Assembly: GCA_005880605.1 (NCBI GenBank)
Contig: VBIS01000081.1
Span: forward strand, 1-50,695
Direction of reading: 5' to 3'
Source of the DNA: Chloroflexota bacterium
GTDB taxonomy: Bacteria; Chloroflexota; Dormibacteria; CF-121
Length of the DNA: 50,695 nt
Under the pieces are notes generated by a model. That model was not told the origin of the DNA, searched no databases, and was given only the letters and a program-made list of their open reading frames with translations. Positions 8,356-18,337 of this stretch are shown here, piece after piece (position 1 is the first letter of the stretch; each line of letters starts with the position of its first letter). Both the position numbers and the translations under genes were made by a program.

Positions 8356-9216
8356 CTAGATCAGATTCTGCCGGGAGGCGGCCGCGACCGCCTCGGCCCG
8401 GTTGCGCGCATTGAGCCGGCTCAGCAGGTTCTCGACATAGGTCTTGACCGTGTTCTCGCTCAAATGCAGCCGAGTGGCGATCATCGCGTTGGAATAGCCT
8501 TCGGCCACCAGCTCGAGGACCTCCTGCTCGCGGGGGGAGAGCCGGACGGCTGGAACGCTCCCGCTCGTCACCGGCGTGGCGAGCGCCCTGACGATGACCG
8601 GCCCGGTGCCAAGGCTCGATCCATCGGGACCGAGGGCCGTCCCCTGGGGCAGCACACCGCCGACCACGATCCGATCGTAGGCCGCCAGGATCGCGCCCGC
8701 GACCACCATGATCAGGCTCCAGAGCAGCACGTCCCGCCCGTCAAAGTCCTGGCCGAGGAACGCCTTGAGCGCCGCGTGGAGGGCGATCATGCCGACGACG
8801 AAGATGCCGACACAGAGCATCGCGCCCTCCGCCCCGTCGTAGGCCACCATCCACACGATGAGGAGGATGTAGGCGGCATAGATGCTGGTGCTCGCGCCGA
8901 CGCCGCCGAAAACGAAGAGCACCAGGAAGTAGCTGAGCGTATCCAGCAGCGTGAGGGCGCGGCCGATCCGCAGAATGGACTCGTCATCGGCCCTGGAGAT
9001 CGCGATCATCCCCCAGGCGTTGTAGCTGGCGACCCAGATGAGAACCAGCGCCAGTCCGATGGGCGAAATGGGCCTCACCGCCAGCGACAGGATGGCCGCA
9101 AAGAGCAGCCCCGGCCAGCGAACCACCGTTCCCAGCCGGGCGAGCCGGCGGAGCGATGCCGCGTTCAGACGCGGACGCTCGGCGGCATCGAGTCCAAGTA
9201 ACGACAGCGTCCGCAT
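8356..9216 (-). CDS. membrane-anchored LuxR-family transcriptional regulator
   Basis: 286 aa. The N-terminal ~190 aa are polytopic and hydrophobic. The C-terminus carries the LuxR/FixJ HTH (LSPREQEVLELVAEGYSNAMIATRLHLSENTVKTYVENLLSRL). Confidence 0.8.
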   Translation of the reverse strand: MRTLSLLGLDAAERPRLNAASLRRLARLGTVVRWPGLLFAAILSLAVRPISPIGLALVLIWVASYNAWGMIAISRADDESILRIGRALTLLDTLSYFLVLFVFGGVGASTSIYAAYILLIVWMVAYDGAEGAMLCVGIFVVGMIALHAALKAFLGQDFDGRDVLLWSLIMVVAGAILAAYDRIVVGGVLPQGTALGPDGSSLGTGPVIVRALATPVTSGSVPAVRLSPREQEVLELVAEGYSNAMIATRLHLSENTVKTYVENLLSRLNARNRAEAVAAASRQNLI

Positions 9217-9296
9217 GCCCCGACCTCCGCCCTGCCCCCATCAGGGTGGCCCCATTCTACCGACGACTCGAGAGGCCGTAAAGACGCGCGTGCCCG

Positions 9297-9532
9297 TCAG
9301 TCGCCGATCAGGGTCCGAACCGTCCCGGTCGTCCAGTCCGCGACCGCGATTCGGTGGTTGTTCGTTCCGCGATGTAGAGGCCATCGGCGCCGGCGCAGAC
9401 CCTGGCCGGCTCGCGGAAGGCGGCCGATGGCCCGGCGCGCGCCGGGTCCAGGCGCTGGACCTTGTTGTCGTAGCTGTCCGCCACATCGCGGTCAGTGCTA
9501 CCGACGCGGCACCCGCTCGCTTTCTCCGAACG
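9297..9532 (-). pseudogene. C-terminal relic of an NHL-repeat (beta-propeller) protein gene, frameshifted and lacking a start
   Basis: Minus-strand reading gives ..GSTDRDVADSYDNKVQRLDP..FREPARVCAGADGLYIAE, then in the next frame NNHRIAVADWTTGTVRTLIGD*. Both resemble NHL repeats (vaDs.NnrV..d / dG.lyvaD..NhRI). The frame switches at gcggaacgaac, and an in-frame stop lies upstream at 9533-9535. Confidence 0.4.
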
Positions 9533-9539
9533 TTACAAT

Positions 9540-10463
9540 ATGACTACCACGATGTCTGCTAGCCGAACTGGGCGGCTGCTGATCGCCATCGTCGCGGCTG
9601 GGCTCGCGCTGAGCAGCCGGGGCGCGAGTGCGACGGCCCTCATTGGGCAGCCGACGCGAGGGTCAACGGCGGCGCTCGAGAGCACGCCGGCGGCGGTGGA
9701 AAACGCCGCCGTGCAGGCGGAGGCGAGCCGGCTCACGGCTGCGTTTCAGGCCGATCCGCAATCCATGCGATCGTCGGCCGAGCGAGCGCTCGCATCCGGA
9801 CGAAACGATGCCACCATCGCGGCCTTCCTCAAATTGCGCTGGGCCGGTCGATTGAGTGCCGCGCTCGAGCGCTACGGTGCAATGCTTTCCTTCAGCGATG
9901 CGCCGCGGTTCACGCTGGCGGCGGCCGGCGTGCAGCATTACGCCACGCAACTGCACAGCGGCCTGCTGCACGATGGACCACGCCGGTTGATTATCGTCTC
10001 GGTGCAGGGCCAGCACCTCGTCGCGTACGACGAGGGCCGCGTCGTCGTCGATACCCCGGTCACGACCGGGCGTCCGGCGCTCGCGACCGATATCGGGGCG
10101 ATGCGGGTGCTGCGCAAGGACTCGCCCTGGACCATGCAGTCACCGTGGCCGAAGGGGTCGCCGGAGTGGTACCCGGACACGGTCGTCCAGATGGTGGTCT
10201 GGTTCACCAAGAACGGCGAGGGCCTGCACGACGCCAGCTGGCAACCCGCGGCAACGCTCGGACCAGGCTCGCAGTTTGGTCCCTTCGCGAGCCACGGCTG
10301 CATCCACCTCACGCCCGCCGCCGTCAGGGTCCTCTTCGATTGGGCGCCCATCGGCACGCCGGTGGTGGTCTACCCGGGCGACGGGTCGCCGGCTTCAACC
10401 CAGGCGCTGCAGCAATCGGTCGATGCCGCGGGCAACCCGGTCAGCGGCATTCGTGGCCTCTAG
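9540..10463 (+). CDS. L,D-transpeptidase (YkuD domain), secreted
   Basis: Signal-like N-terminus (MTTTMSASRTGRLLIAIVAAGLALSS) from ATG 9540. The C-terminal catalytic motif is SHGCIHL. Confidence 0.85.
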   Translation: MTTTMSASRTGRLLIAIVAAGLALSSRGASATALIGQPTRGSTAALESTPAAVENAAVQAEASRLTAAFQADPQSMRSSAERALASGRNDATIAAFLKLRWAGRLSAALERYGAMLSFSDAPRFTLAAAGVQHYATQLHSGLLHDGPRRLIIVSVQGQHLVAYDEGRVVVDTPVTTGRPALATDIGAMRVLRKDSPWTMQSPWPKGSPEWYPDTVVQMVVWFTKNGEGLHDASWQPAATLGPGSQFGPFASHGCIHLTPAAVRVLFDWAPIGTPVVVYPGDGSPASTQALQQSVDAAGNPVSGIRGL

Positions 10464-10507
10464 CCCGGAACTTTTTGCGCCGGTGCGCGTCGTAATCATC
10501 GAGGCCG

Positions 10508-10888
10508 ATGAAACGCATCTTCACCGCGATCGCCGTCACGCTGGCGATCGCCGCCTGCGGCAGTCAGCCCGCCGCTCCGGCCGGGACGGGCATCCAGGGT
10601 GTCGTGCAATCGGGTCCGACCTGCCCGGTCGAGCGGATCAACTCACCCTGCCCGCCGCATCCGCTCGCCGCAACCATCGTGGTGCGCGACGCAGGTGGTC
10701 ACGAGGTGGCTCGGACGCACTCGGGTGCGGATGGACACTTCAAGCTGGACGTGGCGCCCGGCACCTACACGGTGGTGGGTCTCACCATTGGATCGGGCAT
10801 GCTGCCGCGGCCGATTCCGACCACGGCGACTGTGACCGCAGGAAGCTACACGACCGTCAACGTCGAGTACGACAGCGGAATCCGCTAG
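10508..10888 (+). CDS. small lipoprotein with carboxypeptidase-regulatory-like (Ig-like) domain
   Basis: 126 aa. Lipobox LAIAAC follows a signal peptide, then a beta-rich GHFKLDVAPGTYTVVG segment. Confidence 0.65.
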   Translation: MKRIFTAIAVTLAIAACGSQPAAPAGTGIQGVVQSGPTCPVERINSPCPPHPLAATIVVRDAGGHEVARTHSGADGHFKLDVAPGTYTVVGLTIGSGMLPRPIPTTATVTAGSYTTVNVEYDSGIR

Positions 10889-10899
10889 CCCCCAGCCTG

Positions 10900-10920
10900 C
10901 CCTCCCCCCGAGGGGGAGGG
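10900..10920. terminator. short GC hairpin between convergent genes
   Basis: ccctcccc (10900-10907) pairs with ggggaggg (10913-10920) around a 5-nt loop, in the 41-nt gap between the lipoprotein and pirin stops. No U-tract. Confidence 0.3.
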
Positions 10921-10929
10921 GAAGGCGCC

Positions 10930-11826
10930 CTAGTTCCCGATGTGTGCCGCGGGAATCGTCCCCATGCGACCGCGACGGAAGTCGTCGAAGGCCTGGGCCA
11001 GTTCTTCGTGCGTGTTCATGACAAACGGTCCGTACCACGCCACCGGCTCGCCAATCGGTTGACCGCCAAGGACGAGCAGCTCGAGGTTCGGTGACCGGCT
11101 TTCCTGCGTGAGGTCCGCGGTCAGGCTGATCACGTCGCCCGCACCGAAGGCCGCCAGCTGTCCGGAGCGGATGGGTGCGCGCCTGGCACCAACGGTTCCG
11201 CGTCCAGCGAGCACGTACACCAGGCCGTTGAAGTCGCGTCGCCACGGAAGTCGCAGCTCCGCTCCGGGATTGACGGTCGCGTGGAGCAGGCTGATCGGCG
11301 TGTGCGTCACGCCCGGTCCCTGGTGGCCCGCGATCTCGCCGGCGATCACGCGCAGCAGCGCGCCGCCGTCGTGCGAGGCCAGCAGCGTGACCCTGCCGGC
11401 GCCAATGTCCTGGTAGCGTGGCGGCGTCCACTTGTTGTCGGCCGGGAGGTTGACCCACAACTGGATGCCGTGAAAGAGCCCGCCGCTGGCGATCAATGCC
11501 TCGGGCGGTCGCTCGATGTGAAGGATGCCGGCGCCGGCCGTCATCCACTGGGTGGCGCCATTCGTGATCAGGCCGCCACCACCGGTCGAGTCCTGGTGCT
11601 GAAAGGTGCCGTCGATCATGTAGGTCACCGTCTCGAAACCGCGATGCGGATGCCAGGCGGTGCCTTTCGGCTCACCCGGACCATACTCCACCTCGCCCAT
11701 CTGATCCATGTGAATGAAGGGATCGAGCACCTGCTGGTCGAGCCCGTAGAAGGCGCGACGCACCGGGAACCCTTCGCCCTCGACGCCCTTGGGCGCCGTG
11801 CTGATCGCCAGCACCGGACGCTCCAC
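10930..11826 (-). CDS. pirin family protein (bicupin)
   Basis: 298 aa. Carries the N-terminal cupin metal site HPHRGFETVTY. Confidence 0.9.
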   Translation of the reverse strand: MERPVLAISTAPKGVEGEGFPVRRAFYGLDQQVLDPFIHMDQMGEVEYGPGEPKGTAWHPHRGFETVTYMIDGTFQHQDSTGGGGLITNGATQWMTAGAGILHIERPPEALIASGGLFHGIQLWVNLPADNKWTPPRYQDIGAGRVTLLASHDGGALLRVIAGEIAGHQGPGVTHTPISLLHATVNPGAELRLPWRRDFNGLVYVLAGRGTVGARRAPIRSGQLAAFGAGDVISLTADLTQESRSPNLELLVLGGQPIGEPVAWYGPFVMNTHEELAQAFDDFRRGRMGTIPAAHIGN

Positions 11827-11869
11827 GCTGCTGAGAGGATCGAGGTCCGGCAGGTGGGGCAGCGTCAGG

Positions 11870-12853
11870 ATGTTGTCGACCGAAGGGCAGGAAGGGTTGA
11901 CCTGGGATCGATGGTTTCGTATCGCTGACCGGGTGGAGTCGCTGGGCCTGGATTCACTCTGGCGCTCGGATCATTTCTTCAGCCTGATGGGTCATTCGGA
12001 GCGGCCGGCGCTGGAGTGTTGGACCTCGCTCACCGCGCTGGCCCAGCGGACCCACCGGATCCAGTTCGGTCCGCTGGTCAGCCCCATGACGTTCCGTCAC
12101 CCGGCCCTGCTCGCCCGCATGGCCGCGGCCGTCGATGGGCTCTCCGCCGGTCGGTTGGTCCTCGGCGTCGGAGCCGGATGGAACGAGGCAGAGCACGAGG
12201 CCTACGGGATTTCCTTACCTCCGCTCAAGGAGCGGTTCGACCGGCTGGAAGAGGGCATCGGCGTGATCAAGGCGCTCTGGACGGGAGGCCCGGTCGATTT
12301 CGACGGTCATTACTATCGGCTGCAGGGCGCCGCGGCGTATCCGCGACCCGTGCAGCAACCCGCCCCGCCACTGCTCATTGGTGGCGATGGTGAAGTCCGG
12401 CTGCTCCGCATCGTGGCGCGCGATGCCGACGAGTGGAACAGCCATGCACCCGGCCCCGATGCGTACCGGCACAAACGCGCCCGGCTCGAGGAGCATTGCC
12501 GCGCGGTAGGTCGCAACCCGGACGAGATCCGGCGCTCCTGGATGGGTGGCGCGCTCATCGGCCGTGACGCGGCAGAGGTTCGCGAGAAAGGCGGCTGGCA
12601 CCAGTCATTTCTCGCGGCGCTGGCGAACGCCGCGCCCGAGGCCGCGCCCGATGAACTCCGCCGGCGGAGCTGGATCGTAGGCACACCGGACGAAGTGGCG
12701 CCGCAGCTGGAGGCCTTCGCCGCGCTCGGCGTCGAGCGCGTCATGTTCCAGTGGTACAACCTCGACGATCTCGACGGCCTGGCGCTGCTCGCCAGGGCGA
12801 CGCGGAGTTCGCGGGCGATGGCGTTGGACCGATGCTCGGCAACGTGTGTGTGA
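11870..12853 (+). CDS. LLM-class (luciferase-like) flavin/F420-dependent oxidoreductase
   Basis: ESLGLDSLWRSDHFF, LVLGVGAGWNEAEHEAYG and the overall TIM-barrel LLM pattern. Start set at ATG 11870, since the track ORF from 11789 would overlap the divergent pirin gene. The 3' end overlaps the GT2 gene by 113 nt. Confidence 0.75.
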   Translation: MLSTEGQEGLTWDRWFRIADRVESLGLDSLWRSDHFFSLMGHSERPALECWTSLTALAQRTHRIQFGPLVSPMTFRHPALLARMAAAVDGLSAGRLVLGVGAGWNEAEHEAYGISLPPLKERFDRLEEGIGVIKALWTGGPVDFDGHYYRLQGAAAYPRPVQQPAPPLLIGGDGEVRLLRIVARDADEWNSHAPGPDAYRHKRARLEEHCRAVGRNPDEIRRSWMGGALIGRDAAEVREKGGWHQSFLAALANAAPEAAPDELRRRSWIVGTPDEVAPQLEAFAALGVERVMFQWYNLDDLDGLALLARATRSSRAMALDRCSATCV

Positions 12854-14822
12854 TGGTGCCAATGGTGGGCAGCTGCGCCGTCGGGGCTTGCGTTTCGGTC
12901 GGCGCATTGAGCAGCCCATAGGCGAGCACGATGGCAACCGCAACCGCGAGCGCCGCCGGAATCAGATCGGTTCCTCGGACCCGCTCCGGACGCTCGCCGG
13001 TATTCTGGGCCGACTCGCGATAGATCTGGCGGAAGGGGGTGAGGTGGATGCCCTCGGCGGCGAAGCTCGCCCAGGGCGCGCTGGCGAACACCCAACCCTC
13101 GAATAGCAGCATGATGGCGAGGATGCCGGTGGCGATCGCTGGTGCGGCGATCAGCATGACGACAGCCCCGACGATGGTGGCCGCTGCGACCAGTGATTCA
13201 AAGGCCGACGACCGGATGGCCGGCCACAGCCGCCGCCCACCTTCTTTTTGCTTGGGGGTGCGCAAGAAGGCGGCGCGTCCGCTCCAGAGCCCGCGCACCG
13301 CGGCCAGGGCGTCGACCCAGCTCAAGGCGAACCAGATTCCCATCGCCCGAAAGGCGTCGCCCCAGGTGCACCGCTCGGCTCGGCGGAGCGCCCACAAGCC
13401 GCGCAGGACGCCAGAGGCAAGAAAGGCCAGGGGCACGATCAGCACGGGACCGGTGATCTCGCGGATGGGCAGGCGATGGTGCATGGCCGCGGCCACCGCG
13501 GTCAGCAGCAGGAGGGCCGTAAACCCGGCGGTCAGCAGATCGCCGAACCAGTGGATGCTTCCCAGCAGGTAGTTGATCCGCTGGGCCCATGTGAGCCGAA
13601 GGCGGTGGTGGGTGAAGGGCACGAGCTCTGACCAGTGCCGGCGGAGGATCTGGATCCCGCCAAGCGCCCAGCGAAAGCGTTGCTTCTTGAGTCCGTCGAA
13701 TGTCAGCGGCATCAAGCCCTGGCCCCACGCCGTGGGCTCGTAGACTCCGATCGCTCCCTGCCCCAGCATGCGAAGGCTGGCGTCCGCGTCTTCCGTGATG
13801 TTCGCTTCGTCCCAGCCACCGATGCCTTCAAGCGCTGAGCGGCGGATCAATCCCATCGTGCCCGCGAAGATGATGGCGTTGCGGTTGGCGCGCGAGGGCA
13901 TCGACACGTCGAAGAAATACTTGTAGCTGTAGTAGAGGCCACGCAGGTAGCCGCTATCCTGCCAGTCGCGATAATCCTGCGGGGTTTGCACGAAAGCGAC
14001 GCGATCATCGGCAAAATGACCGACCATCGCCGAAAGGAAGCCTGGCTTGACGATGTAGTCGGCATCGACGATGCCGAGGATGCTGACATCTAACGGCAAC
14101 CGTCGCGTCGCCTCGTTGAGCGCCCCGGCCTTGTAGCCCGGCCACGGTTCCAGATGCATGAACTGAAATCGTTGTCCAAGCTCCCGGCACAGTTGCTCGA
14201 GTGCTCGCCACAATTTTGGATCTCTGGTGTTGTTATCGACGACCTGCACGATGACGTCCGGGTAGTCGAGCTTGGCGAGCGCGGTCAGCGTTTCGCGCAT
14301 CACCTCGATGGGCTCGTTGTAGCACGGCACCTGCAGCGCCACCTTGGCTCGATAGGACGGATCGGCGACGTGCTCGATCCGCGTCCGGCGGCTGAACACG
14401 TCGAGGATCTCGAACAGGTAGTAGACGCTGAGCATCAACGCAAACGCCTCCATCAGCAGTAGCACGTAAGAGGCGATCACGCCAACCGGACTCAGGCGGT
14501 CGATGATCGGAAGGGCGGCGGCGTACGCGAGATAGCTGATCGAGGCCAGGAACACCATAGCGAGGGCATTGGCCGCGAGCACGCTCCAACGCGACAACCA
14601 GAGCCGAACCAGCAGCACGGCCACCGCCGCAGCGACGACTAGCGTCGTCCCCGCGGCTGGATCGCCCGTGATCCAGGCGGTAAGCCATCCGGTGGCGGCG
14701 ATGATGGCGAGGCCGACCGGGACCCCGACCCAACCGCGCGCCCGCACCAGCCCGGGAACCGTCACGGCAATCGTCGTGAAGGCGGAGGCCAGCGCAAAAA
14801 ACAGGGAAAGCTCGAGCAGCAC
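12741..14822 (-). CDS. processive family-2 glycosyltransferase (cellulose/chitin/PNAG-synthase-like), polytopic
   Basis: 693 aa. N-terminal TM bundle, then GT2 motifs VPCYNEP, IVDADY, QTPQ, NITEDADAS and the processivity motif QRFRWALG, then about 6 C-terminal TM helices. GTG start. Confidence 0.85.
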   Translation of the reverse strand: MLLELSLFFALASAFTTIAVTVPGLVRARGWVGVPVGLAIIAATGWLTAWITGDPAAGTTLVVAAAVAVLLVRLWLSRWSVLAANALAMVFLASISYLAYAAALPIIDRLSPVGVIASYVLLLMEAFALMLSVYYLFEILDVFSRRTRIEHVADPSYRAKVALQVPCYNEPIEVMRETLTALAKLDYPDVIVQVVDNNTRDPKLWRALEQLCRELGQRFQFMHLEPWPGYKAGALNEATRRLPLDVSILGIVDADYIVKPGFLSAMVGHFADDRVAFVQTPQDYRDWQDSGYLRGLYYSYKYFFDVSMPSRANRNAIIFAGTMGLIRRSALEGIGGWDEANITEDADASLRMLGQGAIGVYEPTAWGQGLMPLTFDGLKKQRFRWALGGIQILRRHWSELVPFTHHRLRLTWAQRINYLLGSIHWFGDLLTAGFTALLLLTAVAAAMHHRLPIREITGPVLIVPLAFLASGVLRGLWALRRAERCTWGDAFRAMGIWFALSWVDALAAVRGLWSGRAAFLRTPKQKEGGRRLWPAIRSSAFESLVAAATIVGAVVMLIAAPAIATGILAIMLLFEGWVFASAPWASFAAEGIHLTPFRQIYRESAQNTGERPERVRGTDLIPAALAVAVAIVLAYGLLNAPTETQAPTAQLPTIGTITHTLPSIGPTPSPANSASPWRAAPGRRDRRGCTTGT

Positions 14823-14874
14823 CTACGTTTACGCTGCCATAACGCCGCCCGCAAGCGCTAGTGCGTGCTTGGAC

Positions 14875-16350
14875 TCAGCCAGAGCCGAAGTTGATCATGA
14901 TGTTCTTGATCTGGGTGTAGCTGGCCAGGGCTTCGACGCCCTGCTCCCGGCCGAACCCGCTGCGCCGGTAGCCACCAAACGGCAGGCCGATGCTGCCTTC
15001 CACGCTGTAGCCGTTGACCCTCACCTGGCCTGACTTGACCGCGCTCGCCACCGTCATCGCCTTACTCAGGTCCTTGGTCCAGACGCCCGTAACCAGTCCG
15101 TAGGGCGTGCCGTTGGCGATGGCGATCGCTTCGTCGAGCGACTCGAAGGTGGTCACGGTCAGCACCGGGCCGAAGATCTCCTCCTGCTCCAGGACCGATC
15201 CGCGCTCCACGCGATCGAGCAGGGTCGGCTCGATGAAGTACCCCGCCGCGAGTTCGCCGTCCTGCGCCCGGGCGCCGCCGGTGACCGCCGTCGCCCCATC
15301 ACGCGAACCCGCCGTGATGTAGCCGAGAACGCGATGCATCTGTCGCTCGCTGACCACCGGTCCCATGTCGGGGTTGTCGAGGCCGCGGCCCAACCGGATC
15401 GCCCTGATGCGTTTTGCCAGCAGGTCGACAAAGCGATCATGGGCCGGGCGCTCGAGCAGCAGTCGGGTCGGCGCGGTGCAGGTTTGCGCGGCGTTCTGCA
15501 TCAGCGTGCTGGCCGAGGACGCTGCGGCGCGCTCCAGGTCGGCGTCGCCGAAGACCACGTTGGGGGATTTGCCACCGAGCTCGAGTGTCACCGGCACGAC
15601 GTTGTCCGCGGCCGCCTTCATGATCGCGACGCCGGTGGGAACCGACCCGGTGAACGTGATGTGGTTGATGCCGGGATGCGATGCCAGCGCGGCCCCGGTT
15701 TCCCGTCCACCGGTTACGACGTTGAAGACGCCGGCCGGAAGGCCCGCCTCAACGGCCAGCTCGGCGAGGCGGACGATGCTCAACCCCGCCTCGGCAGCAG
15801 GTTTCGCCACCACCGCATTGCCGGCGGCGAGCGCGGGCGCAATCCCTCGGGACGCGAGCCGAAGCGGGTAGTTCCAGGGCACGATCTGAGCCGAAATGCC
15901 CAGCGGCTCTCGAAGCGTGAAGTCGACGAAACCCTGGCCGAGCGGAATGCTCGAGCCGAACACCTTATCCGCAACCCCGGCGAAGTACTCGAAATAGCCG
16001 GCGGCCGCCGCCACGTCGTCCTCGGCCTGCCGGAGGGGCTTGCCGACGTCCAGGCTTTCCAGTTCGGCCAGCTCCCGGGTGCGCTCCCGCAGCAGGCCGG
16101 CCAGCCGGTTGAGCAGGCGGACGCGTCGCACCGGAGGCAGACCGGCCCACCCCTGTTCTACGGCCTTGCGCGCCGCAGCGACGGCGGCATCGACGTCCGA
16201 TTTATCGCCGAGGGCGACCTGCGCGAAGACCCGCCCGGTCGCCGGATCGACGGCCTCGAAGGTCGCGCCCGATCGCGATCCGGTGCGCTGCCCGTCGATG
16301 AACATCCGCCCGTCGAGGGCGCTCAAGGCTGTCGTGCTGGAATCCGCCAC
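14875..16350 (-). CDS. NAD(P)-dependent aldehyde dehydrogenase
   Basis: 491 aa. Has FTGSVPTG, the catalytic-Glu region LELGGKSP, and the conserved EEIFGPV segment. Confidence 0.9.
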   Translation of the reverse strand: MADSSTTALSALDGRMFIDGQRTGSRSGATFEAVDPATGRVFAQVALGDKSDVDAAVAAARKAVEQGWAGLPPVRRVRLLNRLAGLLRERTRELAELESLDVGKPLRQAEDDVAAAAGYFEYFAGVADKVFGSSIPLGQGFVDFTLREPLGISAQIVPWNYPLRLASRGIAPALAAGNAVVAKPAAEAGLSIVRLAELAVEAGLPAGVFNVVTGGRETGAALASHPGINHITFTGSVPTGVAIMKAAADNVVPVTLELGGKSPNVVFGDADLERAAASSASTLMQNAAQTCTAPTRLLLERPAHDRFVDLLAKRIRAIRLGRGLDNPDMGPVVSERQMHRVLGYITAGSRDGATAVTGGARAQDGELAAGYFIEPTLLDRVERGSVLEQEEIFGPVLTVTTFESLDEAIAIANGTPYGLVTGVWTKDLSKAMTVASAVKSGQVRVNGYSVEGSIGLPFGGYRRSGFGREQGVEALASYTQIKNIMINFGSG

Positions 16351-16434
16351 CCCGCTAGCGTACTGGTGTCAGCGGGCGGTCATCTGGGTAAAACCATTGT
16401 GTATCTGAGGTCGGACAGCGGAGGAGCTCATCGG

Positions 16435-17025
16435 ATGCGCACCGTCGCCACCTATCTGACCAGCCGGCGAAATCTCGCCGGATCGGGTCTGGCGCTGCTC
16501 GCCGCGGCGCTGCTCATGATCGATCCCGTCGGCCCCCAAGGCATCCTGCTCGTGATGGGCTTCTACCTGGCCGGGGTGGTGGCGGTGCGCGGAACCCCAA
16601 AGTTCCATCGACTGGGATTCGACCCGATGCAGGTCCAGCGCTGCCTCTCGGCGGAGATCGCCGCCGTTGCCGGGCGGGTCCCGACGGACATCTGGATCCG
16701 GATCCAGCGGATCGAATTGACCATCCGCGCCGAAATCCTGCCGCGCCTCGATTGCCTCCCGCTGGGGGCGCCTGAGCTCTACCTGGTCGAGCGCACCGCG
16801 AGCGACTTCCTGCCCACGGCGGTCGAGACCTACCTGCAGCTGCCCGGCGGGTACGCGTCGTCAGCCGGGGCGACCGCCCACCAGGTCCTGGTCGACGAGC
16901 TCGACCTGCTCGAGGCCCAGATGCGGCGGGTCGCCGAGGCCGTCCACCGCGCCGACATGGACCGTCTGCTGGCACATCACCGATTCCTCGAGGACCGCTT
17001 CAGACGGCTGGACCTATCAGGATGA
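16435..17025 (+). CDS. hypothetical membrane protein (2 TM + helical C-terminal domain)
   Basis: This is the only plausible part of track ORF 15334-17025; the rest is antisense to the aldehyde dehydrogenase. Starts at ATG 16435 ([12 protein letters not shown]..) with two hydrophobic helices. No family recognised. Confidence 0.45.
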   Translation: MRTVATYLTSRRNLAGSGLALLAAALLMIDPVGPQGILLVMGFYLAGVVAVRGTPKFHRLGFDPMQVQRCLSAEIAAVAGRVPTDIWIRIQRIELTIRAEILPRLDCLPLGAPELYLVERTASDFLPTAVETYLQLPGGYASSAGATAHQVLVDELDLLEAQMRRVAEAVHRADMDRLLAHHRFLEDRFRRLDLSG

Positions 17026-17958
17026 CGTCGGGCGGCGCAAGACAGGCCGCATCGAAATCGGCAGCAACCTCCAGACGCCGAAGGCGAGCAGGAGCAGCAG
17101 GATGAAGGGCAGCACGAAGCCAATCACCACCAGCATGCCTCCGATGACGGCGACGAATGCCTGTCCCGCGGTCGCAAACGACTGTCCCAGCCCACTGCGA
17201 TCCCACAGGCTTGGCTGCACCGGCGCCGCCGCGACCGTGAAGAGGTGAACGGTGATCGTCGAGTAGGTCGTGCGCTGGTCGAGGAAGCGGATGCGCCCCT
17301 CGATCTGCTCGATCTGGCCGGTCACGGTCGAGAGCTGGTTCTGGACGGCGATGCTGTCCGGAATACTTTGCGCGCGCCGCATCAGGTCGAGCAGGATTGC
17401 CTGCTGGGCCTGCTGGTTCTTGAGCCGGGACTGGAGGTCGACGTACTCGCCGCTGACATCCTGGCTTACGACCTGGAGTTGGGTTGCAGTGCCGAGCTGG
17501 CGCAGCGCCGCGAGCGCATCGCTGTAGCTCGAGGCCGGGACCGCCACGACGACCGAGCCAGCGTCGGTGGCGGAGGCGGAGGCATCGCCAACTTGCGAGC
17601 TGACGAGGTACCCGTTGAAGCGCGTGGCGATCGTCACCGCCTGGTTGTAGCTGTCCCAGAAGGCGCCGGACTTGATCCGGATCCCGAGGGTGGCGTCCTG
17701 GATCACTTTCTGATTGCCCTGGGCCGTCAGGACGGCGTTGCTCGCCGGCTGGCCGGCGGGTGCCGCGGAGCTGGTAGCGCTCTTGTCCGCGCCGGAGTAG
17801 TCCGTTGCGGTGCCGCCGCCCTGAGCCAGCCCGCCGCTGACGGCGTGGGGAGCGGGTGCGGCGGGGTTGGTGGAGGCCGTGCCGCAGGCCGCCAGCAGCC
17901 CGCCGAGGCCCAGGATTGCGACGAGCAGCGCCAGGCGGACGGGGGAGGCAGTGTTCAT
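17017..17958 (-). CDS. DUF4349-domain lipoprotein
   Basis: From ATG 17958: signal plus lipobox (LLAAC), an Ala/Ser-rich linker, then the DUF4349 pattern ([13 protein letters not shown]...[14 protein letters not shown]...[21 protein letters not shown]) and a C-terminal TM helix. Confidence 0.7.
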   Translation of the reverse strand: MNTASPVRLALLVAILGLGGLLAACGTASTNPAAPAPHAVSGGLAQGGGTATDYSGADKSATSSAAPAGQPASNAVLTAQGNQKVIQDATLGIRIKSGAFWDSYNQAVTIATRFNGYLVSSQVGDASASATDAGSVVVAVPASSYSDALAALRQLGTATQLQVVSQDVSGEYVDLQSRLKNQQAQQAILLDLMRRAQSIPDSIAVQNQLSTVTGQIEQIEGRIRFLDQRTTYSTITVHLFTVAAAPVQPSLWDRSGLGQSFATAGQAFVAVIGGMLVVIGFVLPFILLLLLAFGVWRLLPISMRPVLRRPTSS

Positions 17959-18018
17959 TTCGATTGCTAAGACGGGCAGCGTCGGAAAAAGTTCCCGCCG
18001 CGGAAGTAAGCTTGAGCG

Positions 18019-18333
18019 GTGAGCCAGCCGGTCGACCTTTCGCCCTTGCAGCGCGAGCTCGATAACCTCCGCCTGCAGCTGTGCCACTGCAACAATGCCG
18101 GCACCTGCCTCGGGTGCCAGGGCGTCGACATGCTGCGTCAGCAGGCCCAGATGGTCGTCTCCGCGGCCACCCAGCCGGTGCTGCTGCAGGTCGCCCAGGA
18201 AAGCCAGGCCAAGGAGCTCGTCAAGCAGGTGCAGGAGATGCAGGAACGCCTGCTTCGTGACCCCGAGGCCGCCAAGGCGCTCGAGGAGCTACTGAAGTAT
18301 TTTCAGGGGCCAGCCGAAGAGACGAACCACTAG
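18019..18333 (+). CDS. hypothetical small Cys-containing helical protein
   Basis: 104 aa from GTG, with high third-position GC. Contains [12 protein letters not shown] followed by Gln/Glu-rich helices. No family recognised. Confidence 0.4.
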   Translation: MSQPVDLSPLQRELDNLRLQLCHCNNAGTCLGCQGVDMLRQQAQMVVSAATQPVLLQVAQESQAKELVKQVQEMQERLLRDPEAAKALEELLKYFQGPAEETNH

Positions 18334-18337
18334 CTGG

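Noticed and set aside
15334-16434. The 5' two-thirds of a 563-aa plus-strand ORF (15334-17025).
   Set aside because: It runs antisense to the well-supported aldehyde dehydrogenase gene and is Arg/Gly/Ala-rich, which is typical of shadow ORFs in high-GC DNA. Only the part from ATG 16435, outside the dehydrogenase gene, was kept.
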